From NCBI GenBank assembly GCA_038279365.1, contig JAYODI010000006.1, forward strand, positions 86,278-138,555: DNA of 52,278 nucleotides, written 5' to 3'. A program made the translations under genes and the position numbers. The notes beneath the pieces are model-generated. The model did no database searches. It had not been told where the DNA came from and saw nothing but the letters and a program-made list of their open reading frames with translations. Positions 28,046-39,200 of the stretch are shown here, in pieces. This stretch comes from Candidatus Latescibacterota bacterium. Lineage in GTDB: Bacteria; Latescibacterota; UBA2968. Position 1 is the first letter of the stretch; each line of letters opens with the position of its first letter.

Positions 28046-29242
28046 CTATTCCCATTGTTTTTCTAACCAATCGAGTATGTGATCTGCAACCTCATGTTTA
28101 GACATCAATGGCAATGCGGTTTCCCGATCACAGGGTTCAATCAACGTCACCACATTGGTGTCAACACCAAAACCCGCGCCCGCCACATTGAGTTCGTTAA
28201 GAACAATTAAATCCAAGTGCTTTCGCTTTAATTTACCACGGGCATTTTCCAATGCCTGATCGGTTTCCATCGCAAAACCAATTACTTTGCGATTTCCTTT
28301 ATTTTTGCCCAAATCAATCAAAAAATCATCATTGGCCACCAGGTGTAAATCCAACCCTTTTGACGACTTTTTAAGCTTGTTTTGTGAGACTGTTTCCGGG
28401 CGAAAATCGAGTACAGCAGCAGTCATGATCAATGCATCGGCCTCTACAAAAGCCTGTTCGGTAGCTTTTTTTAACTCGGCTACCGTCCTGATATTTTCAC
28501 AGACAACACCCCGAGGCGTTTCAAGGTTGCTGGGGCCGCTAATCAACACCACGTTGGCACCTCGCTTTTGGGCTTGTTCTGCAATGGCATACCCCATTTT
28601 ACCCGTTGACCTATTGGTAATAAAACGCACAGGATCAAGGGGTTGCTCTGTTCGCCCAGCAGTAACCACAATACGGCGCCCAACCAAAGTTCGAGAGGGC
28701 GATAACAAATCTTGGGCGGCCGCCACAATTTGATCGGGTTCTGCCAAACGCCCCATTCCCACAGCCCCAGAAGCCAAAACACCCGACATGGGGCCAATGG
28801 TATGGTAACCATTCTCTGTTAAAAAAGACAAATTGCGTTGCAACGCTGGGTGGGCAAACATTTGCGATTCCATCGCAGGTGCCAATAATATTGGCCTTTC
28901 ACTGGCAAGCAATATGCAAGACAGCAGATCATCCGACAAACCATTGGCCATTTTACCAATAAAATTTGCCGTTGCAGGTGCCACCACAATCAGATCGGCC
29001 CATTGCGCCAAACGCACATGAATCACATCTGGGTCACCGGACTCTGGAAAAAGATCTGTATGCACTTTGTGATGAGACAACGCTTCAAAAGTTAAGGGTT
29101 GAATAAACCGATGTGCAGATGGCGTCATCACCACCTGAACATCGGCACCAGCCCTTTGCAAACCTCGCAAAACTTCAACACTTTTGTAAGCTGCAATACC
29201 GCCACTTACACCCAGAAGAACCTTGTTCCCCTGAAGTGACAT
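28046..29242 (-). CDS. coaBC: Bifunctional phosphopantothenoylcysteine decarboxylase/ligase
   Basis: GVSGGIAAYK, APATAN, APAM, DPVRFITNRSTGKMG and GFAMET. The ATG at 29242 follows the rpoZ stop. Confidence 0.96.
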   Translation of the reverse strand: MSLQGNKVLLGVSGGIAAYKSVEVLRGLQRAGADVQVVMTPSAHRFIQPLTFEALSHHKVHTDLFPESGDPDVIHVRLAQWADLIVVAPATANFIGKMANGLSDDLLSCILLASERPILLAPAMESQMFAHPALQRNLSFLTENGYHTIGPMSGVLASGAVGMGRLAEPDQIVAAAQDLLSPSRTLVGRRIVVTAGRTEQPLDPVRFITNRSTGKMGYAIAEQAQKRGANVVLISGPSNLETPRGVVCENIRTVAELKKATEQAFVEADALIMTAAVLDFRPETVSQNKLKKSSKGLDLHLVANDDFLIDLGKNKGNRKVIGFAMETDQALENARGKLKRKHLDLIVLNELNVAGAGFGVDTNVVTLIEPCDRETALPLMSKHEVADHILDWLEKQWE

Positions 29243-29243
29243 A

Positions 29244-29465
29244 TCAGTCTCCTTGGGCAGTATTTTTTGCATCATAGGTGTGTCGAATTTTTTTATCGGC
29301 CAATCGCCCCAATGCCACAGTTGTGACCTTTTCTTCGCCTTCGGCGACCCCTGCATTTAACCGCGCCTGATTCAACCGACGGGCTTCTCGCGAAGACAAC
29401 AAAACAGCTTCATACGGATTGACCTGACCATCTGTAACATCTTCTGTAAAATACACCATTGGCAT
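29244..29465 (-). CDS. rpoZ: RNA polymerase omega subunit
   Basis: NPYEAVLLSSREARRLN...KVTTVAL; canonical position between gmk and coaBC. Confidence 0.8.
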   Translation of the reverse strand: MPMVYFTEDVTDGQVNPYEAVLLSSREARRLNQARLNAGVAEGEEKVTTVALGRLADKKIRHTYDAKNTAQGD

Positions 29466-29519
29466 AATGAACCCTTCCATAAAACGTTTAAGAAACCCAA
29501 TACATCAATCGACCCATAT

Positions 29520-30200
29520 TCAATCTTCAATCAAACCCAATTGCGTCAAATGCGCTTCCATACGCGCCGAACGATGCCGCTCTGCATGAATAATGGTTTG
29601 TAAGCTTATCACGGCATCCGATAAATGGTCATTAACAATAATATAGTCACATAATGATGCTTGGCGTAATTCTTCAATCGCATTTTTCATACGCAATTGG
29701 AAATTGGATGCCGTTTCAGTTTGGCGTAATGCCAATCTTTCTTCCAACATTTCTAACGTAGGCGGCAAAACAAAAACTGTAACACAGCGATCGCCCAATG
29801 CTTTTTGCCAAGTCGCAACACCCTGCACATCCACATCCATCAACATAACATGTCCATCTTTCATGGCCGCATCTACCGCATCTAAGGTAGCACCATATAA
29901 ATGGCCATGTACTTCAGCACACTCAATAAAAACACCTCGGTCAAACATCTCACAAAAGGCTTCTTCCGACACAAAATGACGTTCAACACCCTCCACTTCT
30001 TCTGGACGAGGATGGCGTGTTGTGGTGGTCACGCACCGATACACATCACTTTCAGCCTCAAGAACTTTACGGCATATTGTTGTTTTTCCAACACCAGAAG
30101 GGCCAGCCACCACAACAGCAAATGCACGTGGGTTTTCCAATAGCCTTTTTTGCAAAGCCTGAACAGCTTGCGTATTATCTGTTTTTTCAACAATATGCAT
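29520..30200 (-). CDS. gmk: Guanylate kinase
   Basis: GPSGVGKTT, TTTRHPRPEE, EVHGHLYG, DVDVQG and VFVLPP. Confidence 0.95.
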   Translation of the reverse strand: MHIVEKTDNTQAVQALQKRLLENPRAFAVVVAGPSGVGKTTICRKVLEAESDVYRCVTTTTRHPRPEEVEGVERHFVSEEAFCEMFDRGVFIECAEVHGHLYGATLDAVDAAMKDGHVMLMDVDVQGVATWQKALGDRCVTVFVLPPTLEMLEERLALRQTETASNFQLRMKNAIEELRQASLCDYIIVNDHLSDAVISLQTIIHAERHRSARMEAHLTQLGLIED

Positions 30201-30213
30201 AGTGCAAGACTTT

Positions 30214-31104
30214 CTACTCAATATTTTGAACCTGTTCTTTGAGCTTTTCCAATTCTTCTTTGATATTCACAACAATGTGTGCTATTTCAGCATCACCAGC
30301 CTTAGACCCAATCGTATTGGCTTCGCGCAACATTTCTTGAAGCAAAAAATTTAACCGTCGGCCCACGGCTTCATCTTGATCTAACATATTTAAGTATTGT
30401 TCATTGTGACTGTAGAATCGCACGCACTCTTCCGTCACATCACTCCGCTCGGCCAAAAGGGCAATTTCCATCATTAACCTATTTTTATCCACTTGCTCTG
30501 GTGTCAACAATTGGGCCAATTTATCGCTGAGTTTTTGACGCACAACATCTATGCGCTTGGGAGCCAACCCTTCCACCTGCTTGATTAATGTATTTAAATA
30601 AGCGATGCGTTTTTTAAAATCCGTAGTTAACTTTGCGCCTTCTGCCAATCGCATGGCCAAACAACCTTCAACTGCTTGTTTTAATGCCCCTTCCAGTGTT
30701 TGCCAAAGCAACTCGCTGTCTATCGTAGGTGCTTCAAAACCAAACAAATGTGGCAATGTCACCAAGCGCATCACATCAATCTTATCATTGCTATCTAATT
30801 GTTTTTTAATTGTATCGATCTCATTACAATACGCCGCCAGTACTTCTGTGCGCAACACAGGCAAACCTTGGTCGGATTGTTGGCCCTGTACGTCAATCGA
30901 AACATCTATTCGACCACGCGAAACGGACGCCAACACCAAATCTTTTATACGCGCTTCCAATGACAAAAAACTGCGGGGCATATGTACTGTCACATCTCCA
31001 TAACGCCCATTGACAGAACGCACCTCAACCGCCACCCGTCCTACCGGTCCTTCTGCCATCCCTTTTCCAAACCCCGTCATACTGGCAATCATTTTTTGCC
31101 CCAT
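30214..31104 (-). CDS. yicC: YicC/YloC family endoribonuclease
   Basis: SMTGFG, EVRSVN.RY, DVTEE, GRRLNFLLQEMLREANTIGSK and EQVQNIE. Confidence 0.95.
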   Translation of the reverse strand: MGQKMIASMTGFGKGMAEGPVGRVAVEVRSVNGRYGDVTVHMPRSFLSLEARIKDLVLASVSRGRIDVSIDVQGQQSDQGLPVLRTEVLAAYCNEIDTIKKQLDSNDKIDVMRLVTLPHLFGFEAPTIDSELLWQTLEGALKQAVEGCLAMRLAEGAKLTTDFKKRIAYLNTLIKQVEGLAPKRIDVVRQKLSDKLAQLLTPEQVDKNRLMMEIALLAERSDVTEECVRFYSHNEQYLNMLDQDEAVGRRLNFLLQEMLREANTIGSKAGDAEIAHIVVNIKEELEKLKEQVQNIE

Positions 31105-31169
31105 TTCCAGCTATATAACCAGTCCAAAAAGACTCAATAAAGAACCAAAAATAAATGAGTTAGCTTGTA

Positions 31170-31198
31170 AAAATAGCTAAACGATCTATTTTTGTCAA
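31170..31198 (-). promoter_or_regulatory. Sigma70-type promoter of the yicC-gmk-rpoZ-coaBC run
   Basis: Minus strand TTGACA-N17-TATTTT. Confidence 0.55.
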
Positions 31199-31209
31199 CC
31201 ATCCAAAAT

Positions 31210-31245
31210 AAAACAGGAGACTTCAAAGGAAGTCTCCTGTTTTTT
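31210..31245. terminator. Intrinsic terminator
   Basis: AAAACAGGAGACTTC-AAAG-GAAGTCTCCTGTTTT, a perfect stem downstream of the oxidoreductase gene. Confidence 0.85.
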
Positions 31246-31260
31246 GACATCTCATCTTGG

Positions 31261-31806
31261 TTATCCAACAACATCAAAATCGTGCACGTCTTCCCCTGCC
31301 TCAACAGACAATATTTCCAAAGCGGTTGCAGCACCCTGCCCTGCAGAAATAATAGCTTGTGTACGAATTAAACGCGTATTCCAACCTGCAGCATATAAAC
31401 CTTTAATGGCTGTCTTACCATCTTCGTCGGCAACAATTCCCTTGTTCTTTTTTTCTAACCCGAAACTCTCTGCCAGTTTGGTATTGGTTCCACCTGCCAA
31501 AATCAGATACTTGCCTTCTTTGCGCTTGCCATCCGCAGTGGTTACAGCAAACCCATCCCCAGTTTTTTCTGCTCCCGTTACTTCTTCGTCTACAATTTGT
31601 GCACCTAATTTTTTAACTTGTTCTCGGGACACCCTTTGAAAATCACTACCCGTCATCTCCGGTATGCCTAAGTAATTATATAACATTGCCTTATGCATAG
31701 GCGTTGTGTTTTGTCCATAAACAGTAACCGTCATATCATTTTTTGCTAAAAAAAGCGCCGCACTCAAACCTGCAGGACCATCACCAACAATCAACACATC
31801 TGCCAT
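31261..31806 (-). CDS. Short FAD-dependent oxidoreductase, thioredoxin-reductase-like (FAD domain only)
   Basis: IVGDGPAGLSAA, NYLGIP, ILAGG, GLYAAG and QAIISAGQGA; 181 aa; RBS AAGGAAGG. Confidence 0.85.
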   Translation of the reverse strand: MADVLIVGDGPAGLSAALFLAKNDMTVTVYGQNTTPMHKAMLYNYLGIPEMTGSDFQRVSREQVKKLGAQIVDEEVTGAEKTGDGFAVTTADGKRKEGKYLILAGGTNTKLAESFGLEKKNKGIVADEDGKTAIKGLYAAGWNTRLIRTQAIISAGQGAATALEILSVEAGEDVHDFDVVG

Positions 31807-31963
31807 AACATAAACCTTCCTTTAAAAGATGAAATATGATGAGATCTCTCCACACTCAAATTACAGAGATGCCACGTATACAGCCAGATATTTTTCAAGT
31901 GCTATTTTAAGAAAATGGCAACCAAACACGCCCCAAATTTACGCAATCATATAAATGTTGGGT

Positions 31964-33316
31964 TTATTCAAAAAACAGCATCGTTTGCAAAGCTTCATTG
32001 GGCTTGAGCAAGCTCTTGTTCGTCAAAGAAGATGGCCATTGGGCCCATTTATCCGTCCAAGAAAACAATTCACCCTTTGCTGGTGTGCGAATATATCGCC
32101 CTCCAGGGAGCATGACCTCAAGCACCAAATTTCCCAGGGTACAATGACATTCAGATGGAGGGTGTATAACCAAGCGATTCTCCATCTGCAAGCCATCCAA
32201 CAAATGCCCGGGTAATTCCATGCGCGCAGGAGCAAAACCATCGCGAATGGGTAACTCACCAATACGTGCACCATTGAGAGAAGCTTTCAATCCAGATAGA
32301 CCGTCCCAAGCACAAAATCGCAAAAATGCACGCCGAATACGGCTTAAATCTGTTGGAATCAATTTTGAAGGCGCACTTTGATCCATCATCCAAAAATCAA
32401 GCATATCTCCGGGTTGCTCCCAAGCCACAACCGCCTCAGCCCCCCGATTGAGATGGTGCCACTCAGCAACCACTTCTTGTGCCCCCACTTTAACCATAAA
32501 CCAACCTGGGGCTGTGTTTTCCAAATAACCTGGCCAACAAGCCAAAAGATCATCCTCTCCTGGCAAAAATGCCTGCACTTGATTCAAGGCCAACGGGGGT
32601 TCATCAGAAACACCAATCATGGCTCCCATGAATTGAAATACGGGTAACCCTTGCGTACGGTGCAAAATAACGCTCTGATTATGTGTGTGCCCACAAAAGT
32701 AAGCATCTACATCAAAATCATCGAGGATACGCACCATATTTTTATGGAACTCAAGATGTGTAAAAAATTGACGCGCAACAGGCCAAATTGGATGATGTCC
32801 GAATACAAAAGTATGTTGAAAACCCTTTTTTACCCCGGCTTTTAGCACGCGCTCTACCCATAAACATTGCTCTTGAGACCAGGCATCAGTGTCAAGGATC
32901 AAAAATAAGCAGCCATCCACCTCAAACGAAAAATAACTCTCATCGAGTTCTATATTCAACAAAGATGCCATCGTTGGATGTACAACAGCTTTAAATGCAT
33001 CATATGCATCGAGATTGCCACGTGCATAAACAATAGGAATTTCACAGGTCGAAAAAAATTCCAATGCTGCGCGTAAATCTCCAACAAGCTCGTTCGGATC
33101 TCCTGGTTCTACCAGATCACCCGTAATAAAAATAAAATCGGGGTCCAACTCACGCAAAGCATCCATCATTGGGGCAAGTGCATAAGTCACATTTTCAAGG
33201 TATGCCTCGACCTCAAGCGGCGTATCTCTCCGCTCAAAATGACTATCAAATTCTCGCCGAACAAAATGCGTATCACTCACAACAGCAAAGGAAAATGGCC
33301 GCTTCAAATCTTTCAC
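31964..33316 (-). CDS. Calcineurin-like metallophosphoesterase with C-terminal beta-rich domain
   Basis: SDTH, TGDL, GNLD, GHHP and GHTH. Confidence 0.8.
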   Translation of the reverse strand: MKDLKRPFSFAVVSDTHFVRREFDSHFERRDTPLEVEAYLENVTYALAPMMDALRELDPDFIFITGDLVEPGDPNELVGDLRAALEFFSTCEIPIVYARGNLDAYDAFKAVVHPTMASLLNIELDESYFSFEVDGCLFLILDTDAWSQEQCLWVERVLKAGVKKGFQHTFVFGHHPIWPVARQFFTHLEFHKNMVRILDDFDVDAYFCGHTHNQSVILHRTQGLPVFQFMGAMIGVSDEPPLALNQVQAFLPGEDDLLACWPGYLENTAPGWFMVKVGAQEVVAEWHHLNRGAEAVVAWEQPGDMLDFWMMDQSAPSKLIPTDLSRIRRAFLRFCAWDGLSGLKASLNGARIGELPIRDGFAPARMELPGHLLDGLQMENRLVIHPPSECHCTLGNLVLEVMLPGGRYIRTPAKGELFSWTDKWAQWPSSLTNKSLLKPNEALQTMLFFE

Positions 33317-33416
33317 ACATCACTCCCGTAACGGTAGCTATAGACCAACACTTAACAGAAACTACAATGTAACCTTTTTTTGCCCCCCTAACAAGAACAA
33401 GACAAACAGGCTACAT

Positions 33417-33450
33417 AAAAAAACGAGGTTCTGAAGAACCTCGTTTTTTT
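33417..33450. terminator. Intrinsic terminator
   Basis: A7-CGAGGTTCT-GA-AGAACCTCG-T7. Confidence 0.85.
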
Positions 33451-33455
33451 GCTCG

Positions 33456-33950
33456 TTATTCCCTGTCATTTCCACCATCTCGACGCCCACCACTGCCTCG
33501 TCCTCCAGGACCGCCCTGCCCACCACGCCCACCACGCTGATTCATTTCTTGCATATATCCCTTTAATGCCTCAACCTGATTTGCATCCAGAACTGCCGTT
33601 AACTTTTGCGTCATTTGACCACGCAATTTTCTCACTTCGGTCATCGTAGTTTCACGATCATTGTTGTCACCCAGCTTTTTAACCAGTGCTGATCGTTCTA
33701 CATAAACAGCCTTGAGCGCATCGCGAACTTTGCCCAACTGTTCATAGCTTAAACCAACCTTTTCATCAAATGCCAGAAACCCCAAAATTTGCTCAATGGG
33801 AATAGAACGCATGGCCATCATAGCCCCTCCTCGCCCTCCTGCACCACGTTCCCCCTGTCCCCCTTCTGGCTGTGCCCACACATCCAATGCCCCAAACATA
33901 AACAGAGCGGTAGCAATCATCACAAAACGATTTATTCGCTGCATCATCAA
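33456..33950 (-). CDS. Secreted helical protein with Gly/Arg-rich ends (Spy/CpxP-like)
   Basis: Signal peptide (VWA-Q), LSYEQ and VLDANQ (LTxxQ-like), GGRGG tails; RBS AAGGAG. Confidence 0.6.
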   Translation of the reverse strand: MMMQRINRFVMIATALFMFGALDVWAQPEGGQGERGAGGRGGAMMAMRSIPIEQILGFLAFDEKVGLSYEQLGKVRDALKAVYVERSALVKKLGDNNDRETTMTEVRKLRGQMTQKLTAVLDANQVEALKGYMQEMNQRGGRGGQGGPGGRGSGGRRDGGNDRE

Positions 33951-33975
33951 CTCCTTTGATTAGATTCAATACCCC

Positions 33976-34027
33976 AAAAAATTCGGGCAAGTGACGTGCC
34001 TATTAGACATCGCTTGCCCGAAAAAAA
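33976..34027 (-). terminator. Hairpin downstream of the OPT-like gene, overlapping a possible ECF promoter
   Basis: Minus strand TTCGGGCAAGCGA...TCACTTGCCCGAA followed by TTTTTT; GGAACTT-N17-GTCTAA overlaps it. Confidence 0.55.
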
Positions 34028-34114
34028 GTTCCCGCATTTTTTAAAAAAACTTGACCACTTCCATCAATGGCTAAAGCACACTTCCAGAAACCCTCAACAG
34101 AAGACATTTTCAGA

Positions 34115-36163
34115 TTAAAAAACCACCTGTGAAACGGCTTTAGAAATTAGGGCAACGGCAATAGATGTCATACCAATAAGCCCCATGCCGCACGAATAAC
34201 CCGCCAGCAAAATAGGCGCATAAGCCTTCCACTTCGATTCGCCAAAACGCTTAGCAAAATAAAACTTTCCAAGAATTGCCCCAGCAAAATTCAAGATCAC
34301 AAAATGTGGCCACTGTGCCAAACCGTTTACGAAGCCAAAAAAGACCAACGTAGGCACCTTTACGGCGGCAAGCACCAAATAAAGCAACCCACCCGTTACA
34401 AACCCAGCCCCCACATAAGCAGGTTTAATGATATCACTTAAGAGTTCCATACCGGCTGCCCCCTGAAACTCTCCTGGGGGTAAGGTTGCTTTAAGCCACA
34501 TGGTTTGCATGGTGGCTTCAAAGGGCCAAAACATTTGCACATAAGGATAGGTCGATGATGGAATGGGGCCCAATCTCCAAATGAACTCCCAAAACACAAA
34601 GCTACAAAGGAAGATCACAAAGGAGGTCAATGCCACCATTTTGATATAACCTTTAAACTTAGTTTTGGTTAATTCCAACTGTTTGAATTGACGCACGGCC
34701 AATCCATGATCATGGAGCGGAAGGGGCGCAAACCAAACGGCCACACCTTTATAACCAGAAAGGAAAATCGCAGCTTCACGAATATAAGGAATACTGGCCC
34801 CATAAGGACTGCCCGTTAACCCAATCATACGCGCACCAATATAAGACGAAATGGGGGTATAAATAAACGCGAAGAAAACCAACCAGCCCCAATGAAACTC
34901 AGGTACAAGCCACCGACAAAGGCCAATGGTTGCCACCGTTGCAATCACCCACAAAACCAGAGGCCACTTCATGGGCAAATCACCACGACCTTCAGGCAAA
35001 TCTTCAAAATCGATCTTTACGGTATGATGCCCCGTTTCCTTCAATGCCTTGCGTTGGGCAAGCAAAGTCTTACCCACCATATAAAACCCAGTAAAGGCAA
35101 TGATCAAAGAGGTGCCAATACCAAAGCTCAACCAAAAGTCGAATCGGTTAGAAATGCTTGCGGGAATGGCGGTCATACCAGGAGACCAGCGTTGCAAAAT
35201 ATCAAAATGATACAATGTAGGATTGATCACCAAGTTGCCCAACACCGCGCCAATAAAAGAACCAATAACAACATAAAATGGCAGAACAAAACCAATCAGC
35301 AAGTGCCCCAAATCCGTTCCCAAACCAAATACTGCCGCTGGCAAAATGGTTTTGACTTCAGCTGTAAAATCAATAAAAGGAATGGGCAATATTTGTACGG
35401 TTTCCGTTAAGAAAATACCCGACAAAGTCGGCACCACAACATAAAGCAGCCCCCACACCAAACCAATACAAGTGCCCGTGCTAAACACACGCCAACGCCA
35501 TCCTTCAGATTTTGATGAAGTCTCAGCCAATGCGGTTACACCACGTGCATGAACAGGTTCCATGGGAAATGGCAATTGCTCAATATCACTGGTGACCCGA
35601 TACATGACATACCCAAATGACAACCGTGCCGTTTGGTTAATAATCATCACCAAGAACAAAATAAGTACAGGCAGGGCCCAATCCCAATGCATAAAGGTGC
35701 GCTCTGCATAAACAGGCGAATCAAGTGCAGGAGCAACCCAGCTTGGAATATATTTCCCCAAACCTTCCGCTGCCGGCGACTGAAGAAGATATTGATCCCA
35801 AATCAATCCACCAAAAGGACCACCATAGGTGTGTGCGCCACTTCCTAAACGCACACCTATGCCTAATAGACCAGCAGCTACCCAATAAATAATGAGAATT
35901 TCTTGGGTTTTAAGCTTAACAAATGATCGCTTCGCAATTTCTAAAAAGAGAATGATCGTGACCCATTCAGACGCACCAGCCATACTTTGCCCGGTGACGA
36001 GGCCCAAATAAATCGCCCCAGGCAACATCACGATGCCTACAAACAGAATGGCCCAAATCGTTTTCCATCCAAAACCATCTTCATACGGCGCACTTTCAGG
36101 CATAATATCGTCGTATTGCGCCATGTCCTCTTGTTCTTTTGTATCTTTGGGTTCAGTTGCCAA
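34115..36163 (-). CDS. OPT/YSL-superfamily-like multi-pass membrane transporter
   Basis: 682 aa with well over a dozen hydrophobic segments, YEDGFGWKT and DIEQLPFPM (OPT-like LPFP motif); TTG start with GGAGG upstream. Confidence 0.65.
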   Translation of the reverse strand: MATEPKDTKEQEDMAQYDDIMPESAPYEDGFGWKTIWAILFVGIVMLPGAIYLGLVTGQSMAGASEWVTIILFLEIAKRSFVKLKTQEILIIYWVAAGLLGIGVRLGSGAHTYGGPFGGLIWDQYLLQSPAAEGLGKYIPSWVAPALDSPVYAERTFMHWDWALPVLILFLVMIINQTARLSFGYVMYRVTSDIEQLPFPMEPVHARGVTALAETSSKSEGWRWRVFSTGTCIGLVWGLLYVVVPTLSGIFLTETVQILPIPFIDFTAEVKTILPAAVFGLGTDLGHLLIGFVLPFYVVIGSFIGAVLGNLVINPTLYHFDILQRWSPGMTAIPASISNRFDFWLSFGIGTSLIIAFTGFYMVGKTLLAQRKALKETGHHTVKIDFEDLPEGRGDLPMKWPLVLWVIATVATIGLCRWLVPEFHWGWLVFFAFIYTPISSYIGARMIGLTGSPYGASIPYIREAAIFLSGYKGVAVWFAPLPLHDHGLAVRQFKQLELTKTKFKGYIKMVALTSFVIFLCSFVFWEFIWRLGPIPSSTYPYVQMFWPFEATMQTMWLKATLPPGEFQGAAGMELLSDIIKPAYVGAGFVTGGLLYLVLAAVKVPTLVFFGFVNGLAQWPHFVILNFAGAILGKFYFAKRFGESKWKAYAPILLAGYSCGMGLIGMTSIAVALISKAVSQVVF

Positions 36164-36242
36164 AATTGCCTCCAGAAAAAATCACCAAAGCAACAAATTT
36201 ACGGTCATTCCGTCTCGTGATTTTAAATTGTTAAAAACCTGT

Positions 36243-39200
36243 TTAGACACTTGTTTCAGCTATGCTTTGGTTAGCAAGAATCTTCTTGCCATCTTCTGCA
36301 TAGGTAAATTTCACTTCTCCTGGAATGGTTCGCCATACCAAGAATCGTTTGCGCAGCACATTCAAGAAGCCACGGTTGATCCGCTTCCAAGAGGCCACAT
36401 CACCACTGAGGCGATTGATAATCACCTCAATTTTATAAATATTGTGCTCACCCGTAGGAATCGCCTTGAGTTGTACTTCTTGACTTATTCCTAAGTCATA
36501 AGGGGCCAACCATGCTGTTAGATCAATATTATATTGTGGCTCACCAGCCATATCCTCAGACCAAAACTTGACGTGATCTGCAACAAAATCGCCCACAGAC
36601 CCCTCGCCATACGACTCAAAGACGCGGGTTAAATACATATACATACCCAACACTTCGGCACCACCAACTGTAAATGGAAAATCGAAAACCCATTTATCGC
36701 CTTCTGGGTCAGGAAACTCCCACTTACGCGTCACATCAGGCACCGCCATATCACCTGCTTTTTTGGCCGGATAAAGTGTAGATAAAAATACCGTTGCCAT
36801 AACAATAAGGGTCGCCGAAATCGCTGAAAGGGATGAGTAATTTAACTCCAACCCACCCAATAGCCCCTGATTGTAAAGGACCAACACCAACACTTGCCCA
36901 ATGAGATACCCAAACACAGCCCCCAATGTCGCAAACACGCCTGCTTCGGCCATAAACAAAGCGGCTATGTGATTGGGAGCCAACCCCACCGACGAATAAA
37001 TACTGATTTCATTAAACCGCTCATAAACAGCGCCCATCATTGTATTTAGCACAATCAACGCAGCAATGAGAATGGGAATGAACAAATTGCCCAAACCGGA
37101 TAATGAGGTTGAACCAATTGAACTATATACGGTCACACCTTTACCTTGCCCTACAAACATTGTCAAAGATACACGGGTCATAAACTCTTCAATGTCTTTG
37201 ACAAAATTCGCTTTCAATTGGCCTTGTTCGTCTCTAAAGTTGGCAATGGCAACAGATGCCAAAACGCCCCCAACATCCAAAACGTATTGATATGGCACAA
37301 TGAGCACATTTGTTGATTCAAGATGTGTAAAGGTCTCAATCGGTGCTGCTGCGACCACACGCGGATCTTGATCTTGTGCATCAGCCAAATCGTCTTTTTC
37401 TTTTACCGTGTCAACAGGTGTTAACTTTTCATCATCCAAATCTTTAAACTTATTGAATGCATCCGAGTCAACAATTCCGATCACCGTAAAAATTTGGCCT
37501 TGCATTTCAATTTTTGCAGTGCCTGCATCTTCTGGAAATATCCCAACCAGTTCGGCCAAATCGTTTGGTAACAAACATACAAACTCTTCGCCTGGTTCAA
37601 ACCAACGCCCGCTCATCAAAAATTTATCAACACCCGTAATTTTGGGTTCATCGGATGTTAAACCAAGCAAAGCATTGACAAAACTATCTTTACCAGTTGT
37701 AATCCCCACATCAAAATCAATATACGTTTCGCGCACGCCCATATCTGCCGTGGTTTCTGTAATGCGCGAAAAATTCACATAGGCACGCTCACCCCGAACC
37801 TGAGACATATACCAAGACCTCGGTACAATATCTGCTCGACCTTCAAAACCACTGTTCAAATAACTCAACACAGATTCTTGCATGCCACGCCAAGAACGAT
37901 CTCTCACCAAAGAACCCTGGTATGACGGATTGTTATCGCGAGGCAATTTATAAAACTTCAAAGATGTTTGAACAGATGTAAATGACAACGTTGTAAAAGT
38001 CAATAACGTCAGTGTGATGCCCGTTAAGGCCGTGCGAAGTGGGCGTTTGCGCAGGTTAGAAATACCCAACACAACCGCAGCTGACGTTGCACTTAAACGC
38101 CCCACATCGGCTTCGTAGTTGCCCGACGAAGCCTGTTTCATTTTGCGCACCTCTTCGCCAAACTTCGACACCACAATGACCATCGCCACACCACCCAATG
38201 CCATAATCACAAATGCCAAGAAAATAATATATGGCGAGTTACTCAATTGGAATGCGGGATGAACAAACCGCAAAATCAGGAAGAACAAGAAAAAGAAAAT
38301 TGCAAACCATGCCAAGCGCCACGTAATACTTGAAGCGCCAACAAACAAACGCTCGATGAAGAATGAAAATGGCAACAATAAAATGAAGTAGAAAATAATA
38401 CCCCGCACAGTATCATTGGCCGTAGACATCACTTCAGGATAACCACGAGCTTCTAAACCCCAAGCACGCCGAGATGCAGAAACAAAGCCCTCATAATTGA
38501 GATCTGCCAAATGCGCGCGTGCCTCTATCAACGCATCACGTGCACTATTATGCAACATTGTGAGGCGGTTATTTTCAATGCCATATTGAGCCAATTGCTT
38601 CATGCGCACATCATCAATCACCCACATATCTTTCGCTGCTTTATAAGAAGGCTGGAATATAACACCAGGTTCGTATCCCTCCCCACGTGCACGTTCCAAT
38701 AATTTTTCATCCACTTGTTTCAAATTGATCGGATTGTCCAAAAGCTCTTGTGGCGCATTGATAAGCAAAAATTTCACGCCAAACAATCCAGTACTCATCA
38801 AAACCTTTAACCGTTCAGCCTTGCCAGATACATGATCCAAACGAGAAAAAGCAACGGCAGCCCGTGTTACATTGCCTTCTTTTGTACTTTGGTTTTGAAT
38901 ATAGGAATAACTGTATTCTATCGGTTGTGTATCATTGGCGTTTAATACGGTCATAAAATCAAGTGCAGACAAATAGCTTGAGTCAATGATTTCAAAAACA
39001 CTCAATGGCGCACATTTAAAAAGTACAGCCATCATCTCATTTTCCCACCACCCATAACGCTGTGTAATGGGAAACTTTTTGTCGCCTTCAGAACCCAAAT
39101 CTGGAGCCGAAACGATACGTCCCTCATCGTTTATTTCATACGCTAAAATGCGATTCGAAAAACGATTGCGCATAATTTCAAAATGAAAACGCCCAGTCAA

